Assembly (NCBI GenBank): GCA_951406725.2
Contig: OX597836.1
Coordinates: forward strand, 7,998,001 to 8,062,000
Reading direction: 5' to 3'
DNA from: Octopus vulgaris
Taxonomy: Eukaryota
Length of the DNA stretch: 64,000 bases
Made by a program: the position numbers and the translations under genes
Shown: positions 39,501 to 54,545 of the stretch, piece by piece
How positions within the stretch are numbered: the first letter of the stretch is position 1
How the letters are laid out: every line of letters begins with the position of its first letter
Notes under the pieces: generated by a model
Told to the model about the DNA's origin: nothing
The model's input: only the letters and a program-made list of their open reading frames with translations
Databases searched by the model: none

Positions 39501-40526
39501 CCCCTTGAAATAAGCAAGCATGATCTCTTCTCTTTTGGCTGTGATCATAGTGGGGTTCTTACCTCAGGAGTTTCGTTTATCACACTGAGCTCAACTGCCA
39601 CCTCCCGGCACTTGTCTGATCGATTACTATTGTGGAACTTGATAAGTTAGATGATATACTGGGACACGAATGGCCAGCAACACCAGTTTTTGGACCAGTG
39701 CAAACATGAACACAACACCCGCACACATTTATATAGACGTTTGCTATCATGTGATACTTAGTAAAATTATGCACTTATTAAATGAATTACAAAATCTAAG
39801 AACCAACAAGAATCTGTAGTCAGGTAACTGAGGACCTGTGGTAGAAATGATATCAGACAGGGCTGGGTGTTTAACAAGCTCACTTTACAACCATGTGGTT
39901 CCAGGTTCAGTCCCACTGTAAGGCACCATGATCAAGTGTCTTAATTCCAGACCAACCGATGCCTTGTAAGTTAATTTGGCAGATGGAAACTGTGAGGAAA
40001 CCCGTCTAAATATGCGTGAGTTTGTGTTTATCCACCACAATCGCTTGACAACCAGTGTTTGTTTACTTCTCCCTGGAACTTAGCGGTTCGGCAAAAGACC
40101 ACGACAAATACCGAACTTTACAAAAAAGTATTGAGGTCGATTTCTTGAACAAAACCCTTCAAGGTGCAAAACAGTGCCCCACCATAGCCGAAGCCCGATG
40201 AGTGACAAAAACCCTAGTTAGACATGCTTACAATGAGAAGTTGTTATGCCTAAATCGACCCACTACACACATATATGATGGGCTTCAGCATAGTTTCCGT
40301 CTACTTGATCACCTTAGTGATAATAATATATAGAAGACGCTTGCCTAATTTGTTGTGCATGGATATCGAACCCGGAACCACGTGGTTAAGAAACGAACTG
40401 CCTAGCTAATTAAACCATGTCTGTACCAAAACCTTGTTACATAAAAGAAATGATGTTAACTTATGGGATGACGTAATAACATACTACATACACGTGTATA
40501 TAATATATTATACACCCATCTATCTA

Positions 40527-40559
<33 letters not shown>

Positions 40560-40616
40560 TTACAATATATGTACACTCACGCACATATGTATAACGCATG
40601 CATACTATACACGCGC

Positions 40617-40752
<136 letters not shown>

Positions 40753-42499
40753 ACACTCCAGTCCGCACCCATACACTGAAGGGTTTAAGTACAGGGAACA
40801 AGGGGTAAAAAAAAAAATTAGAAGCAGAGGTAAGGAAGGAAAGATGGAGTTATTGAGTGATGGAAAGAAGATAGAGGGAAGCAGGCAGGAGTTAGTGTTT
40901 CTAAAGGAACAAAGACGGAAGAAGGTGGAGGGCGGGGGGAGAAATAACAGTAGCTAGTCATGGTGATGGTGGTGGTGGGGTGGGGGTAGTGGACGTAATA
41001 GCCGTGATTGCAGTGATAGGATAGTAGTGATGGTGGTGAGGGCAGTAGCGGCGATAGTAGTCGTGGTAGTGGTGGTGGTGGTATGAAGAACAGCTTAGAA
41101 ATATGGAGTATTGACCTAATTTTTTTAGGATACTCAGTAGCACTTGAGTTGCGAGGTGGTGGTGGTGGAGGTGGTGGGAGGAGAGTTATAGTAAAAAAAA
41201 GAAAAAGGGAAGAGAGTGAAGATGAGAGAGAGAGAGAGAGAGAGAAAGGGCGAGTGAAAAAAAAAAATGATGGGTAGAGTAGAGGTGAGAGTGAAAAACG
41301 ATAAGAAAGTTAAAGAGAGTGAGTGAGTGAGTGAGTAGTTATTTGTGTTTTTCAAAAGCTTGAATCGAACATGCTGCTGCTACTACGACTATTACTACCA
41401 CCAAACTACTGTTGTTGCTTTACTGCTGCTGTTGTTGATACAACAACTACCACCACCACCACCACTGCTGCTGCCATATTTAAGAGCTGACCCTACTACT
41501 ACTACCACCACCACCACCACTAAACTAAGCCTTGTAAATAATTTGAAGCCAAGCTTGCTCGGGACAGAAGAACCTTGTAAATCTGTTTCACACACAAACA
41601 CACAGACAAGCCAGCGAGATCATTGAATATGCTAAAAATAGCAGCGAAATCTCTCCCCTCAATCTCAACTCTCACACACCATCGCCTTTAAACAAGGAAA
41701 GGATATGTTAGGAGGTTAATTTACTTTTAAGTACTGCTAAACAAAAAAAACCGGGATTGTCACGACCGGAGTATCCTTTGATCATCACATGATCTGCTGG
41801 ATTACGGGGCTTACACTATGTTAAGCAGCAGCTATAACCACAACTACGATACAGGGATCGAATATAATTGGATCCCTGCCTTCCAAACGGCGGTTTGATG
41901 TGTAGTCGCAGATATAAGAAAGCGAGTGCATGTTTATCTGGAAATGACAACAGCATGTAAAAAGGGCCCTTATGTACAGACTGTAGGGGAACATTAACGA
42001 AGCCCTTATTATTTTTTTAAAATCCTTCTCCTTGCTTCAATTATTGGGCTGCGGTCATGCTGGGGCATCGCCTTATATGGTTTCCAAACCGACTCCGGTA
42101 GCTATTCAATCAGTCGCTTCTGTCGAACTGCTAATTAACGGAGAAGCAAACAAACCAACACCGGTTGTCAAGTAACGGTGGATGGACACGGGGGACACAC
42201 ACACACACGTGTGTATAATGACAAGCTTTCAAACAGTTTCCGTCAACCAAATTCAGTCACGAGGCACTGGTCAGCCCACGATTATACTAGAAGATACCTG
42301 TCCGTGGTGCCGTGCAGTGGAACTGAACGCAACACCACCTGCATGGAAAACGAGCATGCAAGTCACACGGCTATATCTGTGAAGCATACACAATAGATAA
42401 CAGGGCAAAATCAGAATTTTTAGGAAGCTGGCGATGTACTCTGGCTCCTCTATAGGCCTTATATGAAAGAAAGCACCATCTGTTCTGTTCGCGAAAAGG

Positions 42500-42665
42500 C
42501 TCAATACTTGTAGCAAAGTGGTTTGTGCGTCTCGATGACCTCAAAGGTTGTGCCCGAAGAACACAAGATCCTGGTTGGGGTTCCCATCCTGGACAGGTCA
42601 AAGGATAGAGGCCAAGCTAGCATGGTTCACCTCTTACCAGTGGTGAAAATGGGTTTGCGTAGGGA
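42500..42665 (+). mobile_element. RTE-clade (Rex3/BovB-like) 5' UTR fragment
   Basis: cttgtagcaaagtggtttgtgcgtctcgatgacc..cctggttggggttcccat..caggtcaaagg..tggttcac resembles RTE 5' leaders as I recall them; not searched. Confidence 0.5.
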
Positions 42666-43384
42666 CGACACATGTAACGTAGAAAAAGCGAAGTTATAGA
42701 AGCATTGATGACAATTCAGAAGCAACAAGACATGGGAGTGGGAGAAAGAGGCAGGGAGTGTCGTCGATGGCCTTGCTCCAGAGGGGACGGAGGACATAAA
42801 CACAACATCTTCCGTATGAAATGTTAAGCACAAGAACACAATGTATCGCCCGGTCCAGGAGCTGAAACTGCTATCCTATGATCACGAGTCCAACATCCAA
42901 ACCACTAAGCCCTGCGCCTCTACAAACGTACCCAAAATGGCAAGAGTTGTTATTAAACCAGGGGACAGATTAAGCTCACCCCCAAGTAATCCACAACAGC
43001 GGGATCGGAGTGAAGAACACTTACAACACGAAGAGACAGAAACATATACCGCAAAGCATCCGACACGACTATTGTCACGGTTCCGTTTATCCGAAGATAG
43101 CTATCTCGAAAGGATGAAGGGCAAAGCTGAACTCGGGAGCGTAGATTTAGAGGAAATACTGCTCTAATGATTTTACCGATTTGATCAGGGCAAAACCTGT
43201 CCAAGTCAATTCCAATCGATCATGTTTGATATGAAAATTCATTGTGTGCGCGTGCGTTTGTGTGGTTATTCAGTGACTCAGAAGAGGAAGAGCAGTGCAC
43301 ATGAGTCATTTTAGTTTCCACCCCTAGAGTAATAGAAAGGATAGGGGTGTTATTCTCAACCCGAAAACCTGAGCCCAATGCTAG

Positions 43385-43615
43385 AGCGTATAACAGAAAA
43401 GATTGTACTGATATGGGTATATGATATTACATATGGAGGATGATAGCTGTAAAAGGAAAAGTCAAGTGCTCAAAATGAATGTTGCTTGTTATAGGGGACA
43501 TAGGAATACTTGGGACGAAGGCTGATCCAAAGGATACTGCATCTCAGGGAGAGACCATTAAACTGGCTGGCGAAGTGCAAGGGCTAGAGAAGACCTGTTT
43601 ACTTGTGAAAACCCG
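43385..43615 (+). mobile_element. RTE-clade LINE 3' ORF remnant
   Basis: Frameshifted translation KRLY*YG..HMEDDSCKRK..CYRG..TWDE matches the RTE C-terminal pattern RRLRWYGHV.RM..DSC..GRPRKTW. Confidence 0.65.
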
Positions 43616-45684
43616 GTGAAATGCACTTTAAAACTGGGGGGAGTAGTAACAGATTCTGATTATACATATCGTCAGAATCTCTCTATTACTATGTATCTTT
43701 CATATTCTCTGTATCTTTAACTTGTTTCAGTCATTAGACTGCAAGCATGCTGGGGCACTACCTTAAAGTAAGTCGAATGAATCGCCTGGTACTTATTCTA
43801 TCGGTCTCTAATGTCGAACTGCTAAGTTACTGGGTCGTCAAGCGGTAGTGGGGGTGGGGGAAAACACACATAGATACACATTATATATGTAAGTTGTGCT
43901 TTGCTGAGGACTTCTTAAACACATAACCACGCCAGCACCTATGTTAGACTAATGAAGGCCGATGGGTATTTAACAGAGCTAAGATGTTCTGATATGAAAC
44001 ACGGTTGAAAAGTTTGTTGGTGGTATTAGAGACAACACAACACAACCATCCCATCTCGTATTTAGTACATCCATCATTATCCCAATGTTACCTTACAATA
44101 AATAAAAATAGCAAGGCTATAAGGAGAGATTTGGATGGTTGGAGCGACCTTTTAGACGCTCCCTCGTCGGCTCCAAGATAGAAACATGTATGAGTTTGGT
44201 GAGAACAGTGTGTGGAATAGTTTGTGTACGAAAAATAGTTGTGAGACAAAGAGAGTGGTATCTGTTAGTCATTTATTTAGCTGTCTCAAATGGGTAAGAG
44301 CAGTAAATACAGTGGAAACGAAGGGTGGGGGTGAATCAATTACTTCGACCTCAAAAGATGAAAGGCAAAGTCGACATCGGCAGAATTTGAACTCAGAAGA
44401 ACATAAAGAGCTGGAAGAAATGCTGCTAAGCATATTTTGTCCGACGCACTCGCTGCCATAATAATTCTTTTATTATTTCACCTGTTTCAGTCATTTGACT
44501 GGGGCCATGTTGGAGTACAGCTTTTAGTCGAACAAATCAACCCCAGGATTTATTCTTTCTAAGCCTAATACTTTTTGGGGAGAAAAAACTGAGGAAACTC
44601 GTCATGCGCGCGAGAAAACTGGAAACTGATGCCTTTCTTCGGATAAGACCGCTATGCGACCACGTGTTTTCGTGTTCAGTTCTATTACGCGGCACTTTGG
44701 AAAACATTGGAAAACATCTACGATTTATAGCCCTTGCACAAATGATGTCCTGTATCTGAATTTGGTAGGCAGAAACTGCATGGAAGCCTGTCGCATCTAT
44801 CTCCCACCAAACTTGATTTGTTCATGTCTCTAAATCAGAGGTTCGTCAAAAAAGACCGATAGAATAAATAGCAGACTCTCTCGAGTCGGTTTCTTTGAGT
44901 AAATCCTTCAAGGTCGCGCTCCAGAATGACTGCAGTCCAATGACTGAAACAAGTAAAAGGCTGTTGCTAATATTCATGGTGCATCGGGGGCTTAATAAAA
45001 TAAAAGTACCAGTCATGTACGTCGGACCTCATACGTCAAGTGAAGTTCAACCTGCAGGGAAAGACGACGGAGGCGGCGACAGGTTATTTTCTTTGTTTTG
45101 TTCCCATCCCTGCCTGGTGGTAGTTATGGCGAAGTTAGTTTGTGTGTGGTGGACGATACTTGGGTTTGAAAAGGGTTTGGGAAGGGGGGGGAGACAGGAA
45201 TTTCTTCAAATTGATGAGAGAAGGTTCTCTGCCTCCTATGCATTTTGCGATAAGTAGGGGGGAGTGAGGAGGGAACTTTAATTAAGAAGAGACTGGAGTA
45301 AACAAGCGGTAAGAAGAAACTGGGAGAAAACACTTTCTGCCTTTTGATGAGTCAGACTAACTGGGACTTTGTGTATGTGAGGAGGAGGAGGAGAAGGAGG
45401 AGACAGGGAAAAGACTCCCTTCGAATTATCCTAGCTAGTTCTTCTACTTTATTGGAGAGACCTTTTCTTGTTGCCGATTTCGTCTTCTTTAGTCGATCTA
45501 TAAAATAACTCCTTTTTTTTTTTGTTTTTTGTAATGCTACATAGTTCTTGCCATCATGTGTCCCCAGCTTCACGCAACCCTGTGGCCAGTAAGATCACTA
45601 TTATTATTAAATGTACCAATGAAAGAAAGGCAATATTGTTTTAATTTACTAAATAAATAATAATACACTTCAAATATATATTTC

Positions 45685-46330
45685 CTGGGGAGAGAAAGAG
45701 AGAGGGGAGAGAAAGAGAGAGGGGACAGAAGTGGGACAGAGGGGGAGAGGGGAAAGAGAAATGGGTCAAAGAGAGGTGAAGAGGGAGAGGAAGATATGGG
45801 GACAAGAGTGGGAGAATTATCGGTTTAGATGGAGATGTACAGTGGAGGAAAGACAGGTTATATATAGAGAGAGAAAGAGGGGGGAAACCTAGGGACATGG
45901 ATACACACACACACAACAAGGGATATATGTGTGTGTGTGCATATATATATATATATAGGACAGAAGGACGAAGAGCTGGTGAAAGAAAGATGTGTAAGAG
46001 AAGAGAATAAGTAGGCGATGATGAAGTAGAGAGAATGGAAAGAGAGAAGAAGAAAATAGATGGAAGGATGAGGAAGTGAGAAAGAGGTCAAGAGAGAGAG
46101 AGAGAGAAAATAAAGAAAAGAGGTGAGAGAGGAAGAAATGGAGAGAGCGAAAAAGAAAGGAGGGCAACGGCAAAGAGAGGGAGGAGAGAGAGAGAGAGCG
46201 AGAGAGGGAGGAGAGAGAGAGAGCGAGAAATGGAGAAGGTGACAAAAAAAGAAAAAAAGACCGAGAGGGACAGAAAGAGTGGAAGGAAGAGAAAATAGAG
46301 AGAGAGAGAGGGGGGAGGGAGAGGGGATTC
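45685..46330. repeat. Long purine-rich GA low-complexity tract
   Basis: Strong purine strand bias with (GA)n runs. Confidence 0.85.
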
Positions 46331-46925
46331 TTTTATGCTAAGAAAGTTTAAAGGGTAGCAGCAGCAAGAGCAGTAGTAGTAGTAGTGAAGGTGTGGAAGA
46401 GGAGGGGGGTGGAGGAGGAGGAGGGAACTAAATCAGTTAGTGTCCTAGTTCTTCTCTCTGTAAATAATTAAGATCCGGTGAGATGGTGATGATGATGATG
46501 GGGGGGGAAGGGAGGGGGGACGGAGGAGAAAAACCGAGGGAAGAAAGAAAGGAAAAACGAAAATAACATCAGCAACAACGGTTAATAACAATAACAACAA
46601 TAACGATAATATTTCATCAACTTACACCTTCAACCTCACCTCTCTCTTCCCCTACATACACACACATACGCAGGTTTCTGACAATAATCCACATACATTT
46701 TCGCCCTTATTCACTCACATACACGTACATGTGTGGGTGTACACATACACACACACACATAATTACATATGTATATCAATTCAAATAAATGATAAAAGAA
46801 AAAAAGGATAATTTTAGTTTATAAATCTTAGCATATCTAAACATACATCACATATATATATATATATATATATATGATGAGTTTAATTAATATATGGTTC
46901 GTTTATGTATATGAGGTGTTGTATG

Positions 46926-46957
<32 letters not shown>

Positions 46958-48569
46958 TACACACACAAACAAATGAGAGAGAGAGGCATTACGTACAAGA
47001 TGGGATGTTACAGAAATATAAAGTATTTGAGAAGCGTAACACAAAAGGAATCGATGATTAAAAGTCGCTATTTAGTGCGTGTGAGACCAGGTTACATTAT
47101 ATACATACATACATAAATACACACACACACGTGTGTGTGAGAGCATGTAGTACACAAGCGATTGTCCCAGCATGGCCGTAGCCATGATGGCTTACATTAC
47201 AAATTATAAAAAAAAATCCAACACAATGTGAGGACATCATCCCATTGTTTTCTCTCTCCCACATGCCAAAGACAAAAATCACAACACAACATTCGTAAAC
47301 ACATTACACAAACACAGATAAGGGTACACACACACACACACACACACACTCACAAGCAACTACACACACAGTGCACACGTAAACATCACCACACCCACAA
47401 ACACAACGCGCACACGCACACACATCAGTAAAACCAAAACATTGAATCCTGGTGACTAAAACATAATGGAATGATTGAGAGGGGTAGTAGGAGGAAGTAA
47501 GGGAGAAGTGAAGGAAATAGGTGGTGAAAGAAAAGGAGTAGAGGTGGGGAGGGGGGAGTGAAAGAAGAGAGTAGCGGTGGGGTGAAAGAATAGAGAGAGA
47601 AGGGTAGGTTGATGAGGAGGTGAAAAGAGAGATGTATGAAAAAGAGAAGGAGGAAAAGAAATAATGAAAGGATGTGAGGCCTACACATACATATTACATA
47701 CAAAATTACATACACACATGTGTGTATTTATATACGTAGGCGGTGCTCCAGCATGGCATTTCTTGATGACTGAAGCTAACTAGACGCGTGTGTGTTCTTT
47801 AGTTTGTTTTAGTCATTACTATTAAAAGAAAAAAAGGTCATGCCCGCATACATGTTATGTATGAATATTATGTATAAGGATAGACTAAGGTAAAAATCGT
47901 AACCCAAGATGTAATCCTGAAATATCAATGAGGGATATAATAAAAGTTAAAATTTAAAACAGGGAGTTGGATATGTCAGCGAGAGTAACGAGAAATTATT
48001 TCCATCGGGATCACTAAACAGTAAGAGAGAAAGAGTGAGGAAGGGCAAAAAAGATAATAAAATTAATAATAATAATAACACCAACAACGATAATAAGAGC
48101 ATAGTGGGAGTAAAAGAAGAAAAATGCGTAGAGAGATTGAAGACATATTGAAGTAAGTGTAAAGAATGAAAAATAGAGGATACACACACACATACAGTAA
48201 GCTAAGGAGTTGGAGAAGGGAGTATGAAAGTGTGTGTTGGCCAAGTTGCCTTGCTTAAGTTACCAGCAGCCATCACCATCACCGCCATTTTGTTCAACAC
48301 CGCCATGACACTATTTCTCTTCGCTGGGTGGCTTGGCTTGCTAAGATTTTTGGTAGTCAGTGTATATATTTAACGCACACACATTCGCACTCACGTACTC
48401 GTATACAAACACAGAGCAATCGAAAGACTCGGCGAGTGAGAAGATGCAGTAATCCATATTAGCAAGCAACATTTTATTTATAACAAAGAGTGGAGACTCC
48501 TACTTATAAAAACAAGAGTATGTTTGAAATATCTGGACTTGACGGATATGATAGTGATAATGATGTCAA

Positions 48570-49500
48570 ATTTTGGCACAAGGCCAGCAATTTTAGGGAA
48601 TCAGTCCATTACATCGACTCCAGTATTTGACAAGTACTTTATTTTAACGACCCCGATAAGATGAAAGACAGTCGAACTTGTTGGAATTTGAACCCAGAAC
48701 GTTAAGAACAGGAAATTCAATCATTTTATTACATCAGCTTCCAAACAACTTCAGGGAGGAACGAAAGGTTATTAAATAGGGCACAGCCTGCTACTTATTT
48801 CAGTAACTCCGGCAGGATTGAAAAAATTTTCCAAGGCAGTCAGTTCGCCATAGCTCGGCGGCATAAGGGCACAGGCTAAAAATCTGTAAGGGAGGAATCT
48901 CGGCGATTAAGCCTAAAACTCCCTATTTCAACTATGAAAATAAAAGGACATACTAATTTAAATACCAATTTCAATGCCTCGATTTAGGAAATAGGTACAT
49001 AGTCAAGCAAATAGGTTCTTGGTCTTTATTTTATTTAACGACTCTGAGCGGGATTAGAACTCGGAATGCAAAGGACTGTAACTCAATACCGCAAGGCACA
49101 TCAACAGTCGCTTTATCAACTGTTATTTCACATAAAGCCTAATAATAATTCTTTCTAAAATAGACACAAGTCCAGCAATTTTGAAGGGATGGGCGGTACA
49201 TGATTACACTGATCCCAGTAATCTTATTGATGCTTTATTTTATTAACTCAAAAAAAAAAAAAAAAAATGAAAGGCAAAGTTGACTTCTAGGATTTGAACT
49301 CAAAATATAAAGAGCTGAAAAATACTTAAGGCGTTTTTTCCAGCGATAATTGATCACCTAAAGGACTAATATAAATTGTCCTTTCTATCATAAGGCATAA
49401 AGCCTGAAATTTTAGGGGAGAGGCTAGCCCATTACATCAACCCCAGTGTTCAACTAGTATACCTATTTCATAGATCCTGAAAGGATGAAAGGCAAAATTG
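48570..49500 (-). mobile_element. Cluster of SINE family B copies
   Basis: Several ggcacaaggcc..gatgaaaggcaaag..tttgaactc blocks. Confidence 0.75.
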
Positions 49501-52500
49501 CCCTCTTTTACTATAACCCTGGCCAATACTCTGAGTGTGTTTGGTAGATGAAAACTGTGTGGAAGCCCATAGCATATGCATGCCTTTGTGCCTGTCTTTA
49601 TATGTGCCGACACTGCTTTACAACTAGATTTGGTTTGTTTACATCCTGTAACTTAGTAGTTCAGTAAGACACTGATAGAATAAGTAACAAACTCCAAAAA
49701 AAAATTTAAAAAAGCAAGTAGTGGGATTGATTTATTGAGGCTTCATGGCAGTATCTCCAGCATGACCACAGTTTAATGACCGAAGAAAGTAGAAGAAAGA
49801 AAAAAAAAACACCCCACAAATATTTATTGTTACCTTAACATAAATAACCATGCAAATTAAACAAAAACATGTACTACACATGCTGATATATATATATATA
49901 TATATATAGTGTGTGTGTGCGTGCATAACAGCATAAGATGATTGTCACTAGGCCTAACTCAACATAAAACAAATGAACAATATCAAAGCTATAGTGAAGG
50001 CAAGTCATTGGATTTGGTTAAAAAGAAATTATGAGCAATGGCCAGAAGAATATTGAATAAAGCCTTGTAGCCAGTTGAAGCAAATGCAGCATCATTTCAG
50101 TGAAGGGGGGGATCGGTACGCAATAACACTGTCAAGAGGACGGACTCAAAATGGAATGCATTCTCTCCTGATGATCACACAACAATCTTAGAGTCTTTTT
50201 TGAAGCTTTCAACTGGCAACACTTGTATCTGCAAGCAGTTTGCAAAAAATACATACATATATATATACACACACACACATATATATGACAACCATAACAC
50301 AATTAGCTTGAACAGTAAGACAAGTATAACTCCAAGTCACATTAAAAGACCCCCAGTGCAATATAAAAACTGTATTTGCAGTAATGTGCATTGGTGGAAA
50401 ATCCACAGGTGACACAGATTCAGTTTTATAGATAATTACTAACAGTAAATTGCGTTGTTGACAGGAATAATTGAATAAAACTACATGGCCTTGCTTTATA
50501 ATTTAATACATAGGAAAAACATATTTACAGGGACACATTACCACAGTTAACTGAAGAACCTGCTAGTATTTCAACAAAAATATTGCGGTTTAATCAACTG
50601 AATTTCCGTGAAATTCAGAGATAGGGAAAGTAATATATATTTATAATAATACACATGCATGGCTCAGTAGTAAGAACTCTGGCGCACAAACATGAGTTAG
50701 TGAGTTTGACTTCCAGCATAGGCTGTGTGTTGTGTCCTTGTGCAAGACAGTTTATCTTATGTTGAACGAGTTTATGCAGCTGTAAAATTGAGTTACAGCA
50801 TCACTGGTGCCAAACTGTTTTGGCTTTTGTCTTTCCCTTGGATAATATCAGTGGCATGGAGAGGGGAAGCTTGTATGCATGGGCAACTGCTGGTCTTCCA
50901 AAAACAACCTCGCCCAAACTTGTGCCTTGGAGGGTAACTTTCTAGATGCAATCTCATGATTATTCATGTCCAAAAGAGGCCTTTTCACCACCACCACCCC
51001 TTTTTTTTTTTTTACAAATTTGTATCACACAAATATATATATATATACATGTCTTGATTGCTCCATCTTCACAGATGATTGCCATTTCCTTGTGCTTCCT
51101 CAATAGCATTTCTGACTTTCCATCAATGACCTCCCCTCATTTGACTATTCAGATCTGCATGGTTTGAAGCAAAGGTTGACAAATGAAAGTTGTAATTTCC
51201 TACATTCCCAACTAGTTGGGTCTGCATGTGTCACTCTTCTCTTGATAGAGATCTTTCAGTAGACAGAATAATAAATGTCATTAGGTACTAATCAGAAACC
51301 CAGAGAATGGTACTTGTGTTTGTCACAATATACACACACATATATCCATATATATATACACACACACACACATACATACATGGAATCTGTTGAGACAGAT
51401 TTTCCACAGCTGAATACCCATTCTGTCACCAACCACTGCTTATTTCCAAGTAAGGTACTTTACTGTATTCCTCGTAGCTAGACGTGTTTTCCATGGAAAT
51501 GCACAATGCCACTTGTACAATGATGATGCTCATTTACAACAATGATTTGATGTCAAAACAAGGAGACACCTACTTTATATATATATATATATAGCCTAGC
51601 AAATTCACTCACAAAGCTTCGGTTGGGCTGGAGCTATATAAGATACTTGCTCAAGGTGCCATGTAGTAGGACTGAACCTGGAACCAAATGGTTGGAAAGC
51701 AAGCTTCTTAACTAAACAGTCACACTTGTACCTAATGTAGAAAATAAATATATACAGAAACTGGAATGGAGTGACTGAAGAACTATTGATGGATGAACAT
51801 CAGATGTCTAAGAGAAAGAGGTTTACACCATTTCTATCTTTGTTACTATATTTCTGTTGAAATACTACACTGTCTTGGTTTCAATTAATTTTTAAAATAA
51901 CGAAGAATTTAAAGCAGCAACATTGTTGTTATTAAGCCAGCATTTGGTACATAAATTAAACATGAAATTTTGATGGAAGGTTCTTGAAAACAGCCAGGGT
52001 CTATCTTAGGCAGGTTGGTATGAAAAGGGTCAAAATAACTGTCATTTTTAAGCTAGTGTTTGGAAGTTAAATTAGCATGAAACTTTGATAGGTTTTACTT
52101 CCTGTACTTACTTGTGTATTAGTTGCAATCCTAATTTAGCATTACATCCTAGTCCAAATTTTCTCCCCTTCATATTCAAACTTACCCAGTGTATATAAGT
52201 TGCACACCAGTTTTTTCAATTAAAACCAAGTATAAAATTGTGCAACTTATGAGTAGTTATAATTTTAAAACAGGAAGTGTGTATGATAAAAGCACGTAGT
52301 CTCAGGCAGTTTGGTAGCAAAAAGGTTAAATGAGTGATTCTCAACCTTTTTTTGTTTGCCTATAGACTCCCTTTGATTCCTATTTTACTCTACTGGACCT
52401 TCAAAGCCATTCAATGTACATTAACAAAAAAAATTTAATATTTTTAGGGATGGTATAAAAGAATTAAAATATTTTGTATTCCAGTTGATCTGATCAATAG

Positions 52501-54164
52501 AACAGCCTATTCGCGAAATTAGCGTTCATGTGGCTGAGTACTCCACAGGCATGTGTACTCTAAATGTAGTTTCGGGGAGATTCAGCGTGATACAAAGCTG
52601 GCCCTTTGAAATACAGGTACTATTCATATTTGCCAACTGAGTGAACTGGAGCAACATGAAATAAAGTGTCTTGCTCAAGGAAACAATGCATCACTGAGAA
52701 TTGAACTCACAATCATACGATTGTGAGTCAAATACCCTAACCACTAAGCCATGCGCCCCCACAATATTTCATGTACTGGAAAAGTATAAGTTATTGCACA
52801 AATTTATATGACAGAATCTTACATGGACCCTGGCTTAAATGAATTAAGATATAATAAACAAGACTTTCTGAATGGATCTACCTGTATTCAATGCTGGGGA
52901 TTAAGAGTAAGGAAAGTTAATTTATTAATATTGATAATATTTTTGTAGCTTGTAGTGGTAACCAGTTATGTATGGCAGTTTTATGACATGAACAAGAGTT
53001 AGCTGGTTGTAGTTATAAAAGTGAAAAGAAGGAATTAAGTACTGGTGGAGATTAGTGAGAGTAAAAAGGTAAAACAAGATAAGTCATGTATTACTAATGC
53101 CTTAAATAGGTGCTTACAATTGAAATACACAGTATTATAGCTGGATTGGAAAAATAAGGCAGTAAGGAGGGATTTAGTGAGAAAGTTGAATAGAAGTAAA
53201 GCTGTACAAGAAAATATTTGAAGTATGCATAAATGCGTGTAAGTAAAAGAAGAAAAAAGTATCTAAGACAACATTAAAAGGGGACACGTGAGCCATGGGA
53301 ATATATATATATATATATACATATAATATGAAGCATACATAGAAGATGAATGTAATATCATGAGGATTATATAATACTGAATACATGGACTCATGGTCGA
53401 GGGACATGGGTTCGAATCTCAGACCGGCTGAAGTGTGTGCTTATAAGTGAAACACCTAAACTCTACACAGCTCCAGCCGAAGATAATAGCCAACTTCTGC
53501 TGACTCTTTCACCACAATTTTCTCTCACTCTTTCCTCCTGCTTCTAGCAGCTCACCTTTAATAGACCAGTGTCCTGTCCAGGTGGGAAGCCTATACGCCA
53601 ATGAAATCGGCAAACTGGCTCTTATGAGCCAGGCATGGCTTGAGAAGGAACAAACAGCAAAACAACAATCGCAATTGATAACAAATATAAACTTTACAAA
53701 GAATATACTTATACTTGGGAAGAAGACATAAGTATATTCTTTACAAATTTAGTCACTTTCATCTTTATCTGGTTTCTGATAATACAGACGTGTGCAGGCA
53801 TGTGCATGTCTGTGTACGTAAACACACACACACACACACACCATCGTCAAGGCCAAGGAAGGCTGAAGTCACATATCTGGTAGTCCTGGCAACATGGATG
53901 GCGATGAATGCCTCCCTCTAGCAGCATAAACAAGAATGCTTGTATGTACTGCAAAACCATACGAGAGATCTGGTTATGGTAAATATTGCAGTATTGTGTG
54001 TGTTCTAACACAACATCCACGAGGTGATAAATTACATATATATATATATATATATATAAAGGGTGCTGTTGGTTTGTGATCTTCCACAAAAACATATCCA
54101 AAAGTGAAGGCTGACAACAGGAAGAGCAGCTGGCAATAGAAAATCAGAGTAGACCTATATATAT

Positions 54165-54545
54165 CTTTTGTTTCAACCATTAGACTGCAGTCGTGTTGTG
54201 ACACCACCCTGAAGGAACAACTGTTAGTCAAATTAATCAACCCCAGTACTTTTGTCTTTTAAAGCCTGGTACTTATTCTATAGGTCTCTTTTGCTCAAAT
54301 GCTAAGTTACGGGAATGTAAATACACCAACATCCGTTGTCAAGTGGTGCTGGACATACAGACACACATCCACATAATTATATATACAAGAGGCTTCAGTT
54401 TCCATCTACCAAATCCACTCATAGGACTTTGGTCAGCCGAAGGGTTATAGCAGAATTCACTTGCCGAAGATACCATGCAGTGGGACTGAACCTAGAACCA
54501 TATTGTTGGGAAGCAAGCTTCTGGCTACACAGCTACACCTGCACC
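54165..54545 (-). mobile_element. SINE family A copy
   Basis: Reverse complement of family A from tail to head. Confidence 0.8.

Noticed and set aside
39557-39760. Strong minus-strand donor GAG|GTAAGA (39563/39562) as a possible signal-peptide exon
   Set aside because: The phase-1 frame has TGA immediately before the donor and the other frames also stop nearby. A non-coding exon cannot be excluded.
41345-41626. ORFs with poly-Val/Gly/Thr/Pro as possible signal-peptide exons
   Set aside because: Trinucleotide low-complexity tracts with no suitable splice donor identified.
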